NCBI GenBank assembly: GCA_036677065.1
Contig: JAKFBS010000002.1
Span: 160,001-224,000 of the forward strand
Length of the DNA: 64,000 nt
Direction of reading: 5' to 3'
Source: Bdellovibrio sp.
Lineage (GTDB): Bacteria; Bdellovibrionota; Bdellovibrionia; Bdellovibrionales; Bdellovibrionaceae
The first letter of the stretch is position 1. Each line of letters opens with the position of its first letter. The translations under genes and the position numbers were made by a program. Below are positions 39,220 through 49,582 of this stretch, piece by piece. Below the pieces are notes generated by a model that was given only the letters and a program-made list of their open reading frames with translations, did not search any database and was not told the DNA's origin.

Positions 39220-40272
39220 ATGAATATTCTTAGTCTGCTAACGATTGTATGTGTTCTTGTTGGCGCGCCTAATATTTACGCAAAAGAATATCGCGTGGGT
39301 GTGCTTTATTGGTCAATGAATATCGAAGGCCAGGTGGCCATGAGAAAAGGCGTAGAAGAAGTTGCAGCTCAGATTAATCGTGAATTTAAAAAAACTGCAA
39401 AAAAGTCTAAAGATTACTTAAAATTAATTCCCTATGTTGCCGGTGATGGAGAAGCCGGGGTTGCTAATCAAATTAAACAAATGGATCAGATGATTGAAAA
39501 AGATAATGTCGATCTTATCATTGTGCAGCCTACAGACAATGCAGCTCTTGTTGCCCCGTTATTAAAAGCTAATGCAAAAAAAATTCCTGTTGTTGCTTAC
39601 GATCAATATATCGTTAAAGGCGAAATTGCTTCTTACATCACGTCAAATAATTATCAAGCCGGATATTTAGACGGAGAATATTTGGCCTCATTATTTTCAG
39701 ATGATTATGAAATGAAGTTAGTGTTAGTCGAATACCCGAAAGTTTCTTCAACAGTTGAAAGAGTTGACGGCCTAATAGATGCTTTAAAAGCCGAAAAACA
39801 AAAATTTAAAGTCATCGGAACATTTGAAGCCGTCGAGCCAGTAGCCGGTAAAAAAGTTGGAGCTGAAATTCTGGCTAAATTTCCGAATAAAAATTCGATT
39901 GATGTTATCTTCACCGTAAATGATGGTGGTGGGCTAAGTGTGGTCGAGGCAATAGCTGCGGCCAAAAGAAATGAAATAAAAATAGCAACAGTAGACGGCG
40001 ACCCACGTTCAGTAAAAAATATTAAAGCGGGGCGAAATACAGTCATTGATGCGGCCCAGTTTTGCGCTGAAATTGGAAGGCAAAGCATGAGTGTTGCCTG
40101 GAAAATATTAAAAGGCGAAAAATATCCAAAAAAGGTTCTCGTGCCCACATTTCCAATAGTTAAAGCCACGGTAAATATTTACCCGGGGTGGTTAGGTAAA
40201 ATACCGGATAAATTTGAAAAATCATGGAAGAAAGGCAGCTTCTGGGATAATCAATTCCTAGAAAAATATTAG
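39220..40272 (+). CDS. Periplasmic sugar-binding protein (RbsB/type I PBP fold)
   Basis: DLIIVQP, IPVVAYD, SNNYQAG, ERVDG, VND, TVDG. Confidence 0.85.
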   Translation: MNILSLLTIVCVLVGAPNIYAKEYRVGVLYWSMNIEGQVAMRKGVEEVAAQINREFKKTAKKSKDYLKLIPYVAGDGEAGVANQIKQMDQMIEKDNVDLIIVQPTDNAALVAPLLKANAKKIPVVAYDQYIVKGEIASYITSNNYQAGYLDGEYLASLFSDDYEMKLVLVEYPKVSSTVERVDGLIDALKAEKQKFKVIGTFEAVEPVAGKKVGAEILAKFPNKNSIDVIFTVNDGGGLSVVEAIAAAKRNEIKIATVDGDPRSVKNIKAGRNTVIDAAQFCAEIGRQSMSVAWKILKGEKYPKKVLVPTFPIVKATVNIYPGWLGKIPDKFEKSWKKGSFWDNQFLEKY

Positions 40273-40277
40273 GTATC

Positions 40278-42404
40278 GTGAAAACAAGTTTGAAAAAGTT
40301 TGACAGAGATAATTTAAAAAACATCAATTTAAAAATTGGCGGTGCTTTTTTTGCCATTTTTGCGCTGTTGATAGGTATTTTGATTTCTATGACTTCATAT
40401 CTTTTTCACGGGATTATTGAATCTTCAGAAAACAGACTTTCGCAAAATATAACTAACGTTTTGTCGATTTCAATTTCACGAATTAGTTTTTCAGGTAAAT
40501 ACCATGCACAGATTTTTTCTGATCAGCTGATCGAAAAAGAAGATTCACTAAAATATATTGTTATTCTGGATGCGTCTGGCGGAGTTATCTCTAAAAGTTA
40601 TAATCCCGAGTATAAAGATTTTATTGAAAACACTCATCTGAGTTCTCTTCAATCTTATACATCGCAAATTTCAGAATTAAATAAGACCGGGAATAAAATC
40701 AGCTATGTAAGCTGTTGTGATAACCAAACATTTAAAGAAATAGCCATGCCTTATTATGGAAGTTTTGATCAGGGGCAAATCGGTGTTATCGTTGCGGGAA
40801 TTTCAACTTTCACAACCCATAAAGAAATTGCAAGAAGCCGGTTTATCATGATGCTTCTTGGATTATTCATCACTCTATTCGGCGTAATTGTTATTTATGT
40901 TGTCACAAATTATATTTCTTATCCTATTATCAGACTTGCGACAATGTTTCAGGGGATTCTTGAATTTGCGCCGATAGCAGTGATGGTCAAAGATAAGGAT
41001 GGAAAAACTATCGCCGTCAGTGCCGAGTTTAAAAATACATTTGTAGATAAAGCCGAAGAACTTGTTGATCCTAATCAGGCAAGTCAATTATTTAAAGGTT
41101 CTGATTTAGAAAAAGTGTTAACTGATGTGCCGACTCTGCACTCTGGAGTTTTGACGTATCTAACACTCAAGTTTCCTTTATTTGATGCACTCGGAAAATT
41201 TTATGGTGTGTGTGGTATTGCAACTGATGTCACCGAAAGAGAAAGATTTCAAAAAGCTCTGTTAAAAAGTGAAGCTGATTATCGTTCGATTTACGAAACT
41301 TCTCCTGTAGGTATTCTTAATGTAAGCCCTGGTGGCCAATTTCTTCGTTGTAATCAGGCCTTTGCAGAATTCGTCGGTTATTCAGAATCAGAGCTGATGG
41401 AATGTAATTTTACTGATATTACCCACCCTGAAGACTTAGAGATTTCAGCTAAAGCCATGAAATCTCTGGTTGATGGAAGTAAAAATCAAATTAGTTTTGA
41501 AAAGCGCTATATCAAAAAAAATGGTCAGACCGTATGGGGGCATGTTTCAGTTTCTGTTCTACGAAATGAAAAGGGTGAGTTTGTTAAAACGATTTCTATC
41601 GTTGAAAATATAACAGAACGTATGAAGGCCGAACAAGCCCGAGATCAACTGCTTGTGCAGGAACAAATTGCGCGGTTAGAGGCGCAAAAAGCTGTGAATG
41701 CCCGCGATGAATTTCTTTCGATTGCATCGCATGAATTAAAAACACCGCTGACGACATTGGCACTGCAAACACAGCTATTGAATCGCCTGATAGAGCAGGG
41801 GCGCCTAACCTCTTTAAGTAATGAAAAGCAATTGGATCTGGTTCGTATTTCAAGACAACAGCTTGAGCGTCTTTCTATGTTGATCAATAGTCTTTTAGAT
41901 GTTTCGCGCATTGGCGCCGGAAAATTATCGCTGAATAAAGAAAATATTAATTTGTATGAGCTGATTCAAGATATCCTTCAGCATTTTCAGATGGAATTTA
42001 AAGAAAAAGAATGCCCGGTGCAGTTAACCGGCGAAAAAAATATTATCGGCTATTGGGATAAACTTCGTCTTGAACAAATTATTATAAATCTTATTTCGAA
42101 TGCCATCAAATTCGGTGCAGGAAAAGTGATTACTATTACGACGTCTACTCAGGATGGAATGGCAAAATTTATGGTGAATGATATGGGCATTGGTATTTCA
42201 AAAGAAAATCAATCCAGAATATTTGAGCGCTTTGAGCGCGCAGTTTCATTAAAAAGTTTTGGTGGGTTGGGATTAGGTCTTTATATTGTTAAAGAATTGG
42301 TCGAGGTTCATGGCGGCAAGATCACAGTCGAGAGCGAATTAGGTGAAGGTTCGACGTTCATTGTTGAGTTGCCATTAAACGATGGTGCGCGAAGAGGGGC
42401 TTGA
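40278..42404 (+). CDS. Membrane PAS sensor histidine kinase
   Basis: Two TM helices, PAS/PAC (THPED), ASHELKTPL, NAIKF, GLGLGL. Confidence 0.93.
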   Translation: MKTSLKKFDRDNLKNINLKIGGAFFAIFALLIGILISMTSYLFHGIIESSENRLSQNITNVLSISISRISFSGKYHAQIFSDQLIEKEDSLKYIVILDASGGVISKSYNPEYKDFIENTHLSSLQSYTSQISELNKTGNKISYVSCCDNQTFKEIAMPYYGSFDQGQIGVIVAGISTFTTHKEIARSRFIMMLLGLFITLFGVIVIYVVTNYISYPIIRLATMFQGILEFAPIAVMVKDKDGKTIAVSAEFKNTFVDKAEELVDPNQASQLFKGSDLEKVLTDVPTLHSGVLTYLTLKFPLFDALGKFYGVCGIATDVTERERFQKALLKSEADYRSIYETSPVGILNVSPGGQFLRCNQAFAEFVGYSESELMECNFTDITHPEDLEISAKAMKSLVDGSKNQISFEKRYIKKNGQTVWGHVSVSVLRNEKGEFVKTISIVENITERMKAEQARDQLLVQEQIARLEAQKAVNARDEFLSIASHELKTPLTTLALQTQLLNRLIEQGRLTSLSNEKQLDLVRISRQQLERLSMLINSLLDVSRIGAGKLSLNKENINLYELIQDILQHFQMEFKEKECPVQLTGEKNIIGYWDKLRLEQIIINLISNAIKFGAGKVITITTSTQDGMAKFMVNDMGIGISKENQSRIFERFERAVSLKSFGGLGLGLYIVKELVEVHGGKITVESELGEGSTFIVELPLNDGARRGA

Positions 42405-42465
42405 ACCCTCACGCTTGCGCATACGCCCCTCAAACGTACGTGTCTACCAATTCCACCATCCGCGC
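42383..42465 (-). tRNA. tRNA-Leu(GAG), copy 1
   Basis: GCGCGGATGGTGGAATTGGTAGAC...TACGT-TTGAGGG-GCGTA...GAGGGTTCAAGCCCCTC-TTCGCGC-ACCA; long variable arm, encoded CCA. Confidence 0.93.
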
Positions 42466-42580
42466 GCACTTGAATTGTACGCTTAATTAAAGCAAACCGT
42501 TAAAAAACGGTTAACGAAGTATGAAAAATGCCCCGTTTACGACTCTATCTTGACTGAACTTTATGTTCTTACTTAATGTT
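42383..42580. repeat. ~200-bp direct repeat (tRNA plus upstream region), copy 1
   Basis: Matches 46145-46346. Confidence 0.9.
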
Positions 42581-42653
42581 CGATTTTCTTTTTGCCTGAC
42601 GTATTTAGATTACACTAGGTAGAAGATAATTTACCTCAGTAAAAAGAGAGAGC

Positions 42654-44534
42654 ATGGCTACGATCAAAGAATTGCATTTCCTACCTTTAAGTAAAAAGCT
42701 GCTGAGCATTGTGGTGCTTGTTGGCTTTCTATTTACGGTTTTTTGGACGTTCACTAATATTTTTCTAACTAAGTCGCTCAACGAAGAACTTGAAATCAAC
42801 CGTTTGGAGTATTTTGAAAATATCTTACTTCCCGGAATCGCAAATTCGGCGTGGAATATCGACATGCCCCAGATCAAGATACAATTGGAGGGTATATTAC
42901 AAAATCCAAATATCGTGCGCGTAAGACTGGCTGAAGTAAATTCCGCAGATCCACTTTTTGATAAAAAAAAGCAGGACAATTATTCCGACATTTCCGTAAA
43001 AGAGTATCCACTTTATCCCCCGGATAATAGCTCGAAACGCAAGTTCTCGACGCTAAGTGTATTTTCTACTAATGATAAAATTGCTGCCCAACAAAAGACT
43101 GAAATTTTAAAGAATTTTGTATCAGAGGGGCTGGAGATCTTTATATTAAGTCTGGTCATATTTTATTTTTTTAAATTTTTAGTTACAAATCATCTTGAAA
43201 TGATTTCTCAGTTTTTTCAGGAAAACCCATATTTTAGCAAAACTACGCCCGAAATTGCCAACAGAAAAAAAGGATTTGCAGACGAAATTGACGATTTGAT
43301 TACTCACATAAATTTTAATGTTACGGCCTCAAAGAAATATCAGACTGAAATTGAAACCCTGAAAAACCAGGCAGAAGATGCTAATCGAACAAAATCGGTT
43401 TTTTTGGCAAATATCAACCACGAGCTGCGTACCCCCCTTAACTCAATTTTAGGTGTAACAGAACTCTTGCCTGGTGCTTCTGATGCTACTCAACAAAAAG
43501 TCCTCATTGAAATGCAAGCCAAGGCTTGTTTGCATTTAATGAACCTAGTTGATGAAATCCTCGACCTCAGTAAAATAGAGGCTCACGAAGTCAAAATTGA
43601 AATTAAAGATGTAAATTTAAGAAATATTGTTGAATCCTGTCGCCTGCTGACAGAATTTGATTTTAAAGAAAAAAACAATCGAATCGCCGTGAGTTTTTCA
43701 GAGACATTTCCAACTTTGATCTTGGGTGACGAATTCCGGATTAGTCAAATCATCCTTAACTTGATTAATAATGCTAATAAATTCACAGACCACGGAGATA
43801 TTAAAATAAGTGTTCAGGATTTCGGTGATCGATTTACAATCGCAGTCAGCGACACCGGTATTGGGATTGCTCAGGTTAAACTGGAACACTTATTTATTCC
43901 ATTTAAACAGATTGAGGCCCAATCGACATCGAAAATAAAGGGCTATGGCATTGGCCTTTCGATCACTAAGGCCTTGGTTGAATTGATGAACGGAAAGATA
44001 GAAGTTGAAAGTCAGCTCGGAAAAGGGAGTGTGTTTACGGTTCAGCTACCGCTGCTAATAGCGCCAGTCGAGGTCATTGAAAAACCGAATTCAAAAATCG
44101 AAACTTTCAAATTCGCAGAAAATCCCTCTAAAATATTGATTGTTGAAGACACCGAGGAGATTCAATTTATAATCGGCGAATTTTTTAAAAAAACAAATTT
44201 TCAACTGACTTATGCCGTAAATGGAAAAGAGGCTGTCGAATATTTTAAAAAAGAGTCATTTTCTTTGATCTTGATGGATCTGCAGATGCCTGTAATGAAC
44301 GGCTATGAAGCCACCCGCGAAATTCGCAGATTAGAAAAAATAAATAACAAGAGTAAAACGCCCATTGTTGCAGTTACCGCCTATACCACCAAGACTGACT
44401 TGGATATGGCTATGAGCGCTGGTTGCGATGGCTATATCACTAAGCCTTTTTCCAAGTCTAAGCTACTCTCATCCGTCGAATTCTATCTAAGTGCAACTTC
44501 ACGAAAGGAAAGCTTATGGGGAAGTTATTACTAG
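42654..44534 (+). CDS. Hybrid sensor histidine kinase/receiver
   Basis: Two TM helices, NHELRTPL, NANKFT, GYGIGL, LMDLQMP, KPF. Confidence 0.93.
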   Translation: MATIKELHFLPLSKKLLSIVVLVGFLFTVFWTFTNIFLTKSLNEELEINRLEYFENILLPGIANSAWNIDMPQIKIQLEGILQNPNIVRVRLAEVNSADPLFDKKKQDNYSDISVKEYPLYPPDNSSKRKFSTLSVFSTNDKIAAQQKTEILKNFVSEGLEIFILSLVIFYFFKFLVTNHLEMISQFFQENPYFSKTTPEIANRKKGFADEIDDLITHINFNVTASKKYQTEIETLKNQAEDANRTKSVFLANINHELRTPLNSILGVTELLPGASDATQQKVLIEMQAKACLHLMNLVDEILDLSKIEAHEVKIEIKDVNLRNIVESCRLLTEFDFKEKNNRIAVSFSETFPTLILGDEFRISQIILNLINNANKFTDHGDIKISVQDFGDRFTIAVSDTGIGIAQVKLEHLFIPFKQIEAQSTSKIKGYGIGLSITKALVELMNGKIEVESQLGKGSVFTVQLPLLIAPVEVIEKPNSKIETFKFAENPSKILIVEDTEEIQFIIGEFFKKTNFQLTYAVNGKEAVEYFKKESFSLILMDLQMPVMNGYEATREIRRLEKINNKSKTPIVAVTAYTTKTDLDMAMSAGCDGYITKPFSKSKLLSSVEFYLSATSRKESLWGSYY

Positions 44535-45292
44535 TGGCGCTCTTCATACTAAATATGCAGGCTCTGACTTTCGCCCAAGAAGCATTATCAAAGGGTGAAA
44601 AGGAATACACATTCATTGGGCTAGAGTACGAACCTTTCAATTGGACTGACGGCGGCACGCCTAAGGGTGGAATGCTTGAGGTCGTAAAGAACGTGTGTAA
44701 CAAAATGAAGATTAAATGCAAATTTGAATTTATTCCTATGAGGCGTGTGATTAAAATGCTAGAAGATGGTTCGACGGTCGGAGTGCTAAGCTTAATCCCG
44801 AATTCCGATCGCGAGTCCTTTACAACTCTATCGGTCCCCATCATCCGTTCCAACATAAGTTACTTCGCAGTAAAAGGGACCTTTAAAAAAATCAAGAAAC
44901 TAGAAGATCTAAATGGCGCTACTGTCGGTGCTCTCGTCGCATCAAGTGCGGAAAAAATAGCATTGACTCATAAAGAACAAATCAAAGACTTAAAAGTTGA
45001 GAATGAATCCGAGCTGCTGACTGTGGTCAACAAGTTGACGGCAGGAAGATATGGAGCCAAAGGCTTGGCAATTTCGAACGAGGATGTATTTACAACTTTA
45101 TTCAAAAAGTTAAATATTGATACTTTAGAAGTTGTATACGTCGCTAGTGTCGATGGCTTTAGTGTGGCTTTTTCAAAAAAGGCTTCTGACCCAAGCTTTA
45201 TCAGGAAATTCAACGCGAATATTCTAGAAATGAAAAAAACCGGTGAATTAGAAAATCTGCTAAAGCCCTATGGGTTAAAGCCTGCTAAGTGA
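44516..45292 (+). CDS. Family 3 (amino-acid type) substrate-binding protein
   Basis: YEPFNW, PMRRV, DRE, MKKTGELENLLKPYG. Confidence 0.85.
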   Translation: MGKLLLVALFILNMQALTFAQEALSKGEKEYTFIGLEYEPFNWTDGGTPKGGMLEVVKNVCNKMKIKCKFEFIPMRRVIKMLEDGSTVGVLSLIPNSDRESFTTLSVPIIRSNISYFAVKGTFKKIKKLEDLNGATVGALVASSAEKIALTHKEQIKDLKVENESELLTVVNKLTAGRYGAKGLAISNEDVFTTLFKKLNIDTLEVVYVASVDGFSVAFSKKASDPSFIRKFNANILEMKKTGELENLLKPYGLKPAK

Positions 45293-45341
45293 GTTTAAAA
45301 AAATCGATTGCAATTGTTATTATTAATGAATAAAAAATACT

Positions 45342-46070
45342 ATGATTTTAATTTTAATTTTATCTTTTTTCTTTGCCAGCACTTTTACTCAGGCCGCAGA
45401 ACTTAAACTTTTTTCAATCGATTTTCCACCTTACACTTATCAGACACCAAATGGTGGAGGTGGTGTTATGTATGAAGTTGTACAAGAGCTTGCTAAACGG
45501 GTTGGTCAAACAACTCAGGTTGAATTTATGCCATGGGCCCGGGCGCGCCTTGAGACTGAAAAAATTTCTAATGGAGGTGTTTTTCCTTTGGCACGTACCG
45601 CTGAACGCGAGAAAAATTATTCTTGGGTGGCACACATTCTGGATGATCCTTATGTCTTTTTTGCCATGAAATCTTCAAAGGTGAATATTTCGTCAATCGC
45701 TGCTGCTAAAAAAATTCGGGTGGGCACGCTGAAGGGCTCAGTTGCCGAACTCGAATTGAAAAAATTAGGATTTCCTCAAACTGAGTCCGTCGCCCACGAT
45801 GTGCAAAATGCCAAAAAACTCAAACAAGGGCATATCGATGTTTGGGTTGCTCCACTCAGTAGCAAAAACCAATATAAAGAAAAAGCTGATCTCTCAGCTG
45901 ATGAATTAAAAACTGGAGCTGAACTTTTAATTCTACATGAATATTTGGGGGCCTCAAAATCTCTTGATGCTCAAACACTTCAAAAGTGGCAAAAGGCTTT
46001 TACATCGATGAAAAAGGATGGAAGTTATGCAGCCATCATGAAAAAATACGGATTTACTCCGCTTAAGTGA
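45342..46070 (+). CDS. Family 3 substrate-binding protein
   Basis: FPPYTY, PWARA, RTAERE, MKKDGSYAAIMKKY. Confidence 0.88.
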   Translation: MILILILSFFFASTFTQAAELKLFSIDFPPYTYQTPNGGGGVMYEVVQELAKRVGQTTQVEFMPWARARLETEKISNGGVFPLARTAEREKNYSWVAHILDDPYVFFAMKSSKVNISSIAAAKKIRVGTLKGSVAELELKKLGFPQTESVAHDVQNAKKLKQGHIDVWVAPLSSKNQYKEKADLSADELKTGAELLILHEYLGASKSLDAQTLQKWQKAFTSMKKDGSYAAIMKKYGFTPLK

Positions 46071-46144
46071 ACGGTCAGCAATTTGCAAAGCGATTGCTGG
46101 GAGACCGGCTCTAATTTATTTCGATCATGATTTGAATTAAATGT

Positions 46145-46227
46145 TGGTGCGCGAAGAGGGACTTGAACCCTCACGCTTGCGCATACGCCCCTCAAACGTA
46201 CGTGTCTACCAATTCCACCATCCGCGC
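46145..46227 (-). tRNA. tRNA-Leu(GAG), copy 2
   Basis: Identical to copy 1 except one T-loop base (TTCAAGT vs TTCAAGC). Confidence 0.95.
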
Positions 46228-46346
46228 GCACTTGAATTGTACAAATTTATTAAAGCAAACTGTTAAAGAACGGTCAACGGGGTATAGAAAAATGCCCCGT
46301 TTTAGCCTGAACCTTGACTGAACTTTGGATATTTAGCTTAATGTTT
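46145..46346. repeat. ~200-bp direct repeat, copy 2
   Basis: Matches 42383-42580. Confidence 0.9.
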
Positions 46347-46349
46347 TAT

Positions 46350-46709
46350 ATGGCTAAAACTATCTTGATCGTTGAAGACGACGAATCTATACGCGAGACA
46401 TTACAAGCGGTGCTCGAGTTAGAAGGCCATGACGTCCTGACTGCTGAAAACGGGCAGGAAGGGCTAAACTTATTAGCAACTCATCCAAAACCTTGCCTAA
46501 TTCTTTTGGATTTAATGATGCCCGTTATGAATGGTTGGGAATTTGCTGCAACCATTGAAAAAGACGCAAAGCTTGCCTCAATTCCAGTTATCATAGTGAG
46601 TGCTTATAACGATAAAGCTGCGAACATAAAATCCATAGCCTCTTTAAAAAAGCCCATCGATCTTAGATCGCTGAATGAAACTATTAAAAAGTGGTGTACT
46701 CCCCAATGA
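46350..46709 (+). CDS. Single-domain response regulator
   Basis: ILIVEDD, LLDLMMPVMNGWEF, VSA, KP; paralogue of 38837. Confidence 0.92.
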   Translation: MAKTILIVEDDESIRETLQAVLELEGHDVLTAENGQEGLNLLATHPKPCLILLDLMMPVMNGWEFAATIEKDAKLASIPVIIVSAYNDKAANIKSIASLKKPIDLRSLNETIKKWCTPQ

Positions 46710-48808
46710 GTAATTCCATCCCGGGTGTTTCAGTTCAATCTTTTGGCGAAGGTAAAATGGGGCCTTTTATTCGCACTTTTGATTGGAGTAAAACTTCACT
46801 TGGGCCTTATGAATTCTGGTCGAAATCTTTAAAAGCTCATGTGAGTATGATGCTCGCGTTACCAACAGTAGCTTCGGTTTTTTGGGGTAAAGAGTTATTG
46901 CAAATTTATAACGACGCTTGCGTAACGACGATGGGGGATCGCCATCCGCGCAATTTAGGGTTGCCGGTAAAACAGGGCTGGCCTGAAGCTTATTCAATGA
47001 TGAAGCCTTTTTTTGATCGCATTATCAATAATGCAGAAGTCATTGTGAATAAACGCGTGTTAACTCCACTTGAACGTGCTCAGTTTGTTGAAGAATGTTA
47101 TTTCGATTCGACCATGAGTCCGCTTAAAGATGATGACGGTCAGATACAGGGAGTCCTTTCACTAGTTTCAGAAAATACAGAGCTAGTTTTAAGTGAGCGC
47201 AGAACAGCAACCCTTCGAAAAATTGCCCAAACTATTATTTCACCGGCTGATAATTTTCAAAGTTTGATGGATATATTTGCGTCAAATCCAAATGACATCC
47301 GTTTTGCTTTTTTATTTTTACCAGACGATTTAAAATTACAAGTTAAGCTGGCAGCCAGCTTTGGAATCAATGAGCCCATTAAGGAAACAACTGGTTTTGA
47401 CCAGCTCATGAAATCTGCTCGCCAGGTACTGACTTCAAACAATCCGCTAGAGATCAATGATTTTCAAAATTTAATTCCGCATGCGCCGATAGCTCCGTGG
47501 CCAGAGCCAACACAAAAAGCGATGCTGATTCCAATCCGCGCAGATTCAAATCCTGCAACTGGCGTTTTGGTTTTTGGCCTAAGCCCGCGCCTTAAATTTG
47601 ACGAAGCTTATCGTGGTTTTTTTGTTGATATCAGTTTAAAGATGGCAAGCCTTCTTGAAGTCCAAGCACAAACCCGCGCTGCGGTGAAAATTCATAAATC
47701 CTACGAGTTTTTAAATTCGGTGATTGAGCACGTGCCTTTGATGATCTTTGTAAAAGACGCCAAAGAACTACGCTTCACACGGTTTAACAAAGCCGGTGAA
47801 GAATTGCTGGGTTATAAAAGTGAAGACCTCATCGGTAAAAACGATTATGATTTTTTTAACAAAAAAGAAGCCGATTTTTTTACCGAAAAAGATCGCGCCA
47901 CTTTAAGCAGTGGTAAAATTTTAGATATTCCTGAAGAAAAAATTCAAACCCGGGTTAATGGCGAACGCATACTGCATACAAAAAAAATCACCTTACATGA
48001 TGAACATGGTAAACCTGAGTTCTTATTAGGAATTTCAGAAGATATCACCGAGAAAAAATTAGCTGAAGAACAGCATAGATTATTACTGCAAGAACAGTTC
48101 GCCAGAGGCGAAGCTGAAAAAATGATTCAGCAGCGTGATGATTTTATTTCAATTGCGGCACACGAACTACGAACGCCGCTGACTTCAATCAGTTTGCAAA
48201 ATCAATTGATCAGTAAATTTTTACCGACGTTAGGTGATGCACCGAATGTTCAAAAATTTATTACTCTCACGCAAAATTGTCAGGCGCAAATCGAACGTCT
48301 GACAAAGCTTGTAGAGAATTTATTAGATGTCACACGCGCAACGACCGGAAGATTGGTGTTAGATAAAACCGATGTGAATTTAGCTGAATTGGTTAAGCGA
48401 ATTATTAAAGGCCTTGAAGTTGAACTCAGTAGATCGAAATGTAAACTTGAACTTGATCTTGAACCTGATCTTAACGGTAAATGGGATGCTAGTCGTCTTG
48501 AGCAGATTTTTGTAAATCTTATGACGAACGCGATGAAGTTTGGCAAAGGCCATCCTATCGAAGTCTCAGCTAAGCGTGAAAACTCATTTGCTGTCTTACG
48601 TGTGAAAGATCATGGGATTGGAATTTCAAAAGAAGACCAAGCAAGACTGTTTAATCGCTTTGAACGGGCCGTATCAATCACCTCATTTGGCGGTTTGGGG
48701 CTAGGGTTATATATTTCAAGACAAATCGCTACCGCTCACGGAGGCACTATCGAGGTGCAGAGTGAAATTGGTCATGGCACCACATTTACAGTTAAGCTTC
48801 CGCTATAA
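46706..48808 (+). CDS. Cytoplasmic PAS/GAF sensor histidine kinase
   Basis: FDWSKTSLGP...W N-terminal PAS-like module, PAS, AHELRTPL, NAMKF, GLGLGL; ATGA overlap with the response regulator. Confidence 0.92.
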   Translation: MSNSIPGVSVQSFGEGKMGPFIRTFDWSKTSLGPYEFWSKSLKAHVSMMLALPTVASVFWGKELLQIYNDACVTTMGDRHPRNLGLPVKQGWPEAYSMMKPFFDRIINNAEVIVNKRVLTPLERAQFVEECYFDSTMSPLKDDDGQIQGVLSLVSENTELVLSERRTATLRKIAQTIISPADNFQSLMDIFASNPNDIRFAFLFLPDDLKLQVKLAASFGINEPIKETTGFDQLMKSARQVLTSNNPLEINDFQNLIPHAPIAPWPEPTQKAMLIPIRADSNPATGVLVFGLSPRLKFDEAYRGFFVDISLKMASLLEVQAQTRAAVKIHKSYEFLNSVIEHVPLMIFVKDAKELRFTRFNKAGEELLGYKSEDLIGKNDYDFFNKKEADFFTEKDRATLSSGKILDIPEEKIQTRVNGERILHTKKITLHDEHGKPEFLLGISEDITEKKLAEEQHRLLLQEQFARGEAEKMIQQRDDFISIAAHELRTPLTSISLQNQLISKFLPTLGDAPNVQKFITLTQNCQAQIERLTKLVENLLDVTRATTGRLVLDKTDVNLAELVKRIIKGLEVELSRSKCKLELDLEPDLNGKWDASRLEQIFVNLMTNAMKFGKGHPIEVSAKRENSFAVLRVKDHGIGISKEDQARLFNRFERAVSITSFGGLGLGLYISRQIATAHGGTIEVQSEIGHGTTFTVKLPL

Positions 48809-48893
48809 ACGTCTCAAAACGCGAAATTCATAAAATTTAAATCTAGTTTTTACAACTTGTGGCAAACTAATTGATTCAAAGGGGTTTGAGCGC

Positions 48894-49307
48894 ATGTTAA
48901 AATTTCTAGTTTTAATTTTTTCAATCAGCTTTTTAACTTTACCAACTTTTGCTGAAGAAGATTTAGATGCAGCTTTAAAAGACGTGCAAGATTTATTGCG
49001 AACAGAATCCAAACGTAATGAAGTGATCAAAGTAAGCCCCAAAGCCCAACAGGCCGATGACTTTGCCTTACAAGCCGTCGGCGGCAATCAAGCCTTAAAG
49101 AACGATATCTATGATGTATCAGCAGATGTCATGGCTACAGTGAAAGAACTTAGTGGCGGGGATGCCGCAAAGATGAATGAGCTTTTGCAAAAAGCCTTAC
49201 AAAATCCCACAGCATTTTTAAAATCTTTACCACCAGAGCAACAAGCAAAAATTCGCGACATCGCGGCTAAGACTGAAAAACAGAAGAGCAGCCAAGCTAA
49301 GCCATAG
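48894..49307 (+). CDS. Secreted hypothetical protein
   Basis: Signal peptide, helical. Confidence 0.7.
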   Translation: MLKFLVLIFSISFLTLPTFAEEDLDAALKDVQDLLRTESKRNEVIKVSPKAQQADDFALQAVGGNQALKNDIYDVSADVMATVKELSGGDAAKMNELLQKALQNPTAFLKSLPPEQQAKIRDIAAKTEKQKSSQAKP

Positions 49308-49582
49308 AAGCGCCTCACAGCGTCCAAAACTCTATAGTGTTTATATATAGTTATAACAACCCATAAGCCTAGATTATGGTCTGGATTTATATTTCTTTTG
49401 CTCTATTTTTAACCCTGAAACACCACTTTATCATCTTACCAATAAGAGCAAGGACGCTCCCCAGACGACAAAGGGGTGTATACAGCTAGGATGGCTGTTT
49501 CCAATGTCGTCAATAGCCAAGGATGGCGAAGTAAGTGAAACGAACAGTTCAAGCAATTGAACAATTGAAGAAGGAGTTTCAA

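Noticed and set aside
42466..46144. Classical integrase-driven genomic island
   Set aside because: No integrase or transposase, and the repeat covers the whole tRNA plus its 5' flank rather than a 3' att fragment.
46025..46231. 68-aa ORF MRADGGIGRH...
   Set aside because: Translation of the tRNA-Leu gene.
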